Sequence record: SRR20825019_719
DNA: 64,000 bases
Direction: 5' to 3' (one strand)
Below the pieces are notes generated by a model. That model saw only the letters and a list, made by a program, of their open reading frames with translations, was not told the origin of the DNA and ran no database searches. Positions 62,096 to 64,000 of the stretch are shown piece by piece (position 1 is the first letter of the stretch; every line of letters begins with the position of its first letter). The translations under genes and the position numbers were made by a program.

Positions 62096-63520
62096 ATGCA
62101 AGCGGAACAACAGCAGTATAACTATCAGGTGGTCAAGTGGTTCGCCTATATGGCGTGTGTCTACTTGGTCATCGGCACCGGTGTCGGTGTTTATATCGCT
62201 TCGGAACTGGCTTGGCCGGTTTTGAACTTCGACAATCCTTACATTAGTTTCGGACGCCTGCGTCCGGTGCACACCAATGCGGTTATTTTTGCATTCGGTG
62301 GTTCAACGCTGATGGCGACGGCTTACTACATCGTACAACGTACCTGTAGTACCCGCCTGTGGAGTGACAAACTGGCCTGGTTCACCTTCTGGGGCTGGAA
62401 TCTGGTTATTCTCGCTGCTGTCATTACGTTGCCGCTGGGTTACACCCAATCCAAAGAATATGCGGAGCTGGAATGGCCGATTGATATTCTGATTGCTGCT
62501 GTCTGGCTGGCTTACACCTTCAATTTCATCATGACCATTTCGATCCGTAAGGTTTCCCACATCTATGTGGCGAACTGGTTCTTTCTGGCAATGATGATCA
62601 TGATCACCTATCTGCATGTGGTCAACAGCCTGGCGATTCCGGTTGAACTGTTTAAGTCCTACTCTATTTTCGCCGGTGTTCAGGATGCGATGATTCAGTG
62701 GTGGTGGGGTCATAACGCAGTAGGTTTCTTCCTGACTGCGGGCTTCCTCGGCATCATGTATTACTTCGTCCCGAAACAGGCTAACCGTCCGGTTTATTCT
62801 TATCGTCTGTCAGTGATTCACTTCTGGGCGCTGGTATTTGGTTATGTCTGGCTGGGTGCACACCATCTGCAATACACCGCTTTGCCAGACTGGACCGGCT
62901 CGCTGGGTGCCGCGATTTCTCTGGCGATGATCATTCCTTCCTGGGGTGGTGCCATCAACGGTATGTTTACCTTAAGTGGTGCTTGGGACAAACTGCGTAC
63001 GGACTATATTCTGCGTTTCCTTATCGTGTCGCTGGCTTTCTATGCCATGTCGACCTTCGAAGGTCCAGTAATGTCATCCAAGACCGTCAACGCCCTGTCT
63101 CACTACACTGACTGGACTATCGGTCACGTTCACTCCGGTGCCCTTGGTTGGGTCGCTATGGTCTCTATCGGTGCGTTGTACCACATGGTTGAACGTATGT
63201 GGGGCACCACCATGTACTCTGTGCGTCTGGTCAACATTCACTTCTGGATGGCAACGATTGGTACTGCTGTCTACATCACAGCGATGTGGGTCTCAGGCAT
63301 CATGCAGGGTCTGATGTGGCGTGCTTATGATGAATACGGCAACCTGGCCTACACCTTTGTGGAGTCAGTCGCCCAAATGCATCCTTACTATGCGATGCGG
63401 GCTGTAGGTGGTCTGATTTTCTTCCTGGGTGCCTGCGTTATGTTGTTCAACGTCACCGTGACTATCCGTCGCGCGATTGCCAAACCGTCTGCCGAAATGG
63501 CGACTGCGGCTAACATTTAA
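62096..63520 (+). CDS. ccoN: cbb3-type cytochrome c oxidase subunit I
   Basis: [36 protein letters not shown]. Confidence 0.96.
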   Translation: MQAEQQQYNYQVVKWFAYMACVYLVIGTGVGVYIASELAWPVLNFDNPYISFGRLRPVHTNAVIFAFGGSTLMATAYYIVQRTCSTRLWSDKLAWFTFWGWNLVILAAVITLPLGYTQSKEYAELEWPIDILIAAVWLAYTFNFIMTISIRKVSHIYVANWFFLAMMIMITYLHVVNSLAIPVELFKSYSIFAGVQDAMIQWWWGHNAVGFFLTAGFLGIMYYFVPKQANRPVYSYRLSVIHFWALVFGYVWLGAHHLQYTALPDWTGSLGAAISLAMIIPSWGGAINGMFTLSGAWDKLRTDYILRFLIVSLAFYAMSTFEGPVMSSKTVNALSHYTDWTIGHVHSGALGWVAMVSIGALYHMVERMWGTTMYSVRLVNIHFWMATIGTAVYITAMWVSGIMQGLMWRAYDEYGNLAYTFVESVAQMHPYYAMRAVGGLIFFLGACVMLFNVTVTIRRAIAKPSAEMATAANI

Positions 63521-63530
63521 GGAGACTGGA

Positions 63531-64000
63531 ATGTCTGATCATAATTCTAATAAACCAGTTACCTTCCAGGAGAAACTGGAGAAAAATATCTGGGCGCTGG
63601 TGCTGGCAACGGCACTGGTAGTCTCGGTAGGCGGTATTGTTGAAATCGTCCCTTTGTTCTATCTGGATACGACATTCGAAGATGATGTCTTTCCGGAATA
63701 TGAAGAACTGAAAGGGGTTCGTCCGTATACAGCGCTTGAGTTGGCCGGTCGGGATATCTATCAGCGTGAAGGCTGCTATCTGTGTCACTCTCAGATGGTG
63801 CGTCCGTTCCGTGATGAGAAGGACCGTTACGGTCATTATTCACTGGCAGTGGAATCCCAGTATGACCACCCCTTCCAATGGGGCTCCAAACGTACCGGTC
63901 CTGACCTGGCTCGTGTCGGTGGTAAATATTCCGATGCCTGGCATATCCAGCATTTGGAAGATCCTCGCTCCGTCGTGCCTGAATCAGTCATGCCTGGCTA
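63531..64000 (+). CDS. ccoO: cbb3-type cytochrome c oxidase subunit II (truncated by window end)
   Basis: Own translation: [41 protein letters not shown]. Confidence 0.93.
   Translation, partial: MSDHNSNKPVTFQEKLEKNIWALVLATALVVSVGGIVEIVPLFYLDTTFEDDVFPEYEELKGVRPYTALELAGRDIYQREGCYLCHSQMVRPFRDEKDRYGHYSLAVESQYDHPFQWGSKRTGPDLARVGGKYSDAWHIQHLEDPRSVVPESVMPG

Overview
Gammaproteobacterial chromosome segment. The mix of a methanolan-type eps cluster, an Fdh4/YdeP-type enzyme and cbb3 oxidase suggests a Methylophaga-like methylotroph, but that is unverified inference. (1) 1-56: 3' part of initiator tRNA-fMet. (2) ~0.3-30 kb: an exopolysaccharide block between that tRNA and rimP. It holds a MASE1-GAF-PAS kinase and NarL-type regulator, a priming glucose-1-P transferase, EpsD/L/E/F/G export genes, one PEP-CTERM protein, exosortase B and EpsI, a nitroreductase, xanthan gum-like flippase/GT/polymerase/acyl- and pyruvyltransferase genes, a GH5 endoglucanase, and ugd/manC/manB. 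(3) 30.3-39.2 kb: rimP-nusA-infB-rbfA-truB-rpsO-pnp. (4) 39.4-43.8 kb, the most unusual locus: a TpsB/Omp85 transporter flanked by two small, acidic, Gly/Thr/Val/Asp-rich exported repeat proteins (one a lipoprotein). They share a repeat motif, a C-terminal motif and 5' context, and show no recognisable TPS domain. (5) 44-51.7 kb: DUF815 ATPase, UrtR/PecS-like MarR with a Bcr/CflA pump, an FdhF/YdeP oxidoreductase with a structured leader, prfC, CBS and DUF3579 proteins. (6) 51.9-61.7 kb: ileS-lspA joined directly to hisC-tyrA-aroA-cmk-rpsA-ihfB and an Mth938-like gene. (7) An FNR box, ccoN and truncated ccoO. No integrase, transposase or CRISPR array was seen. All family calls are by-eye motif recognition; no searches were run.
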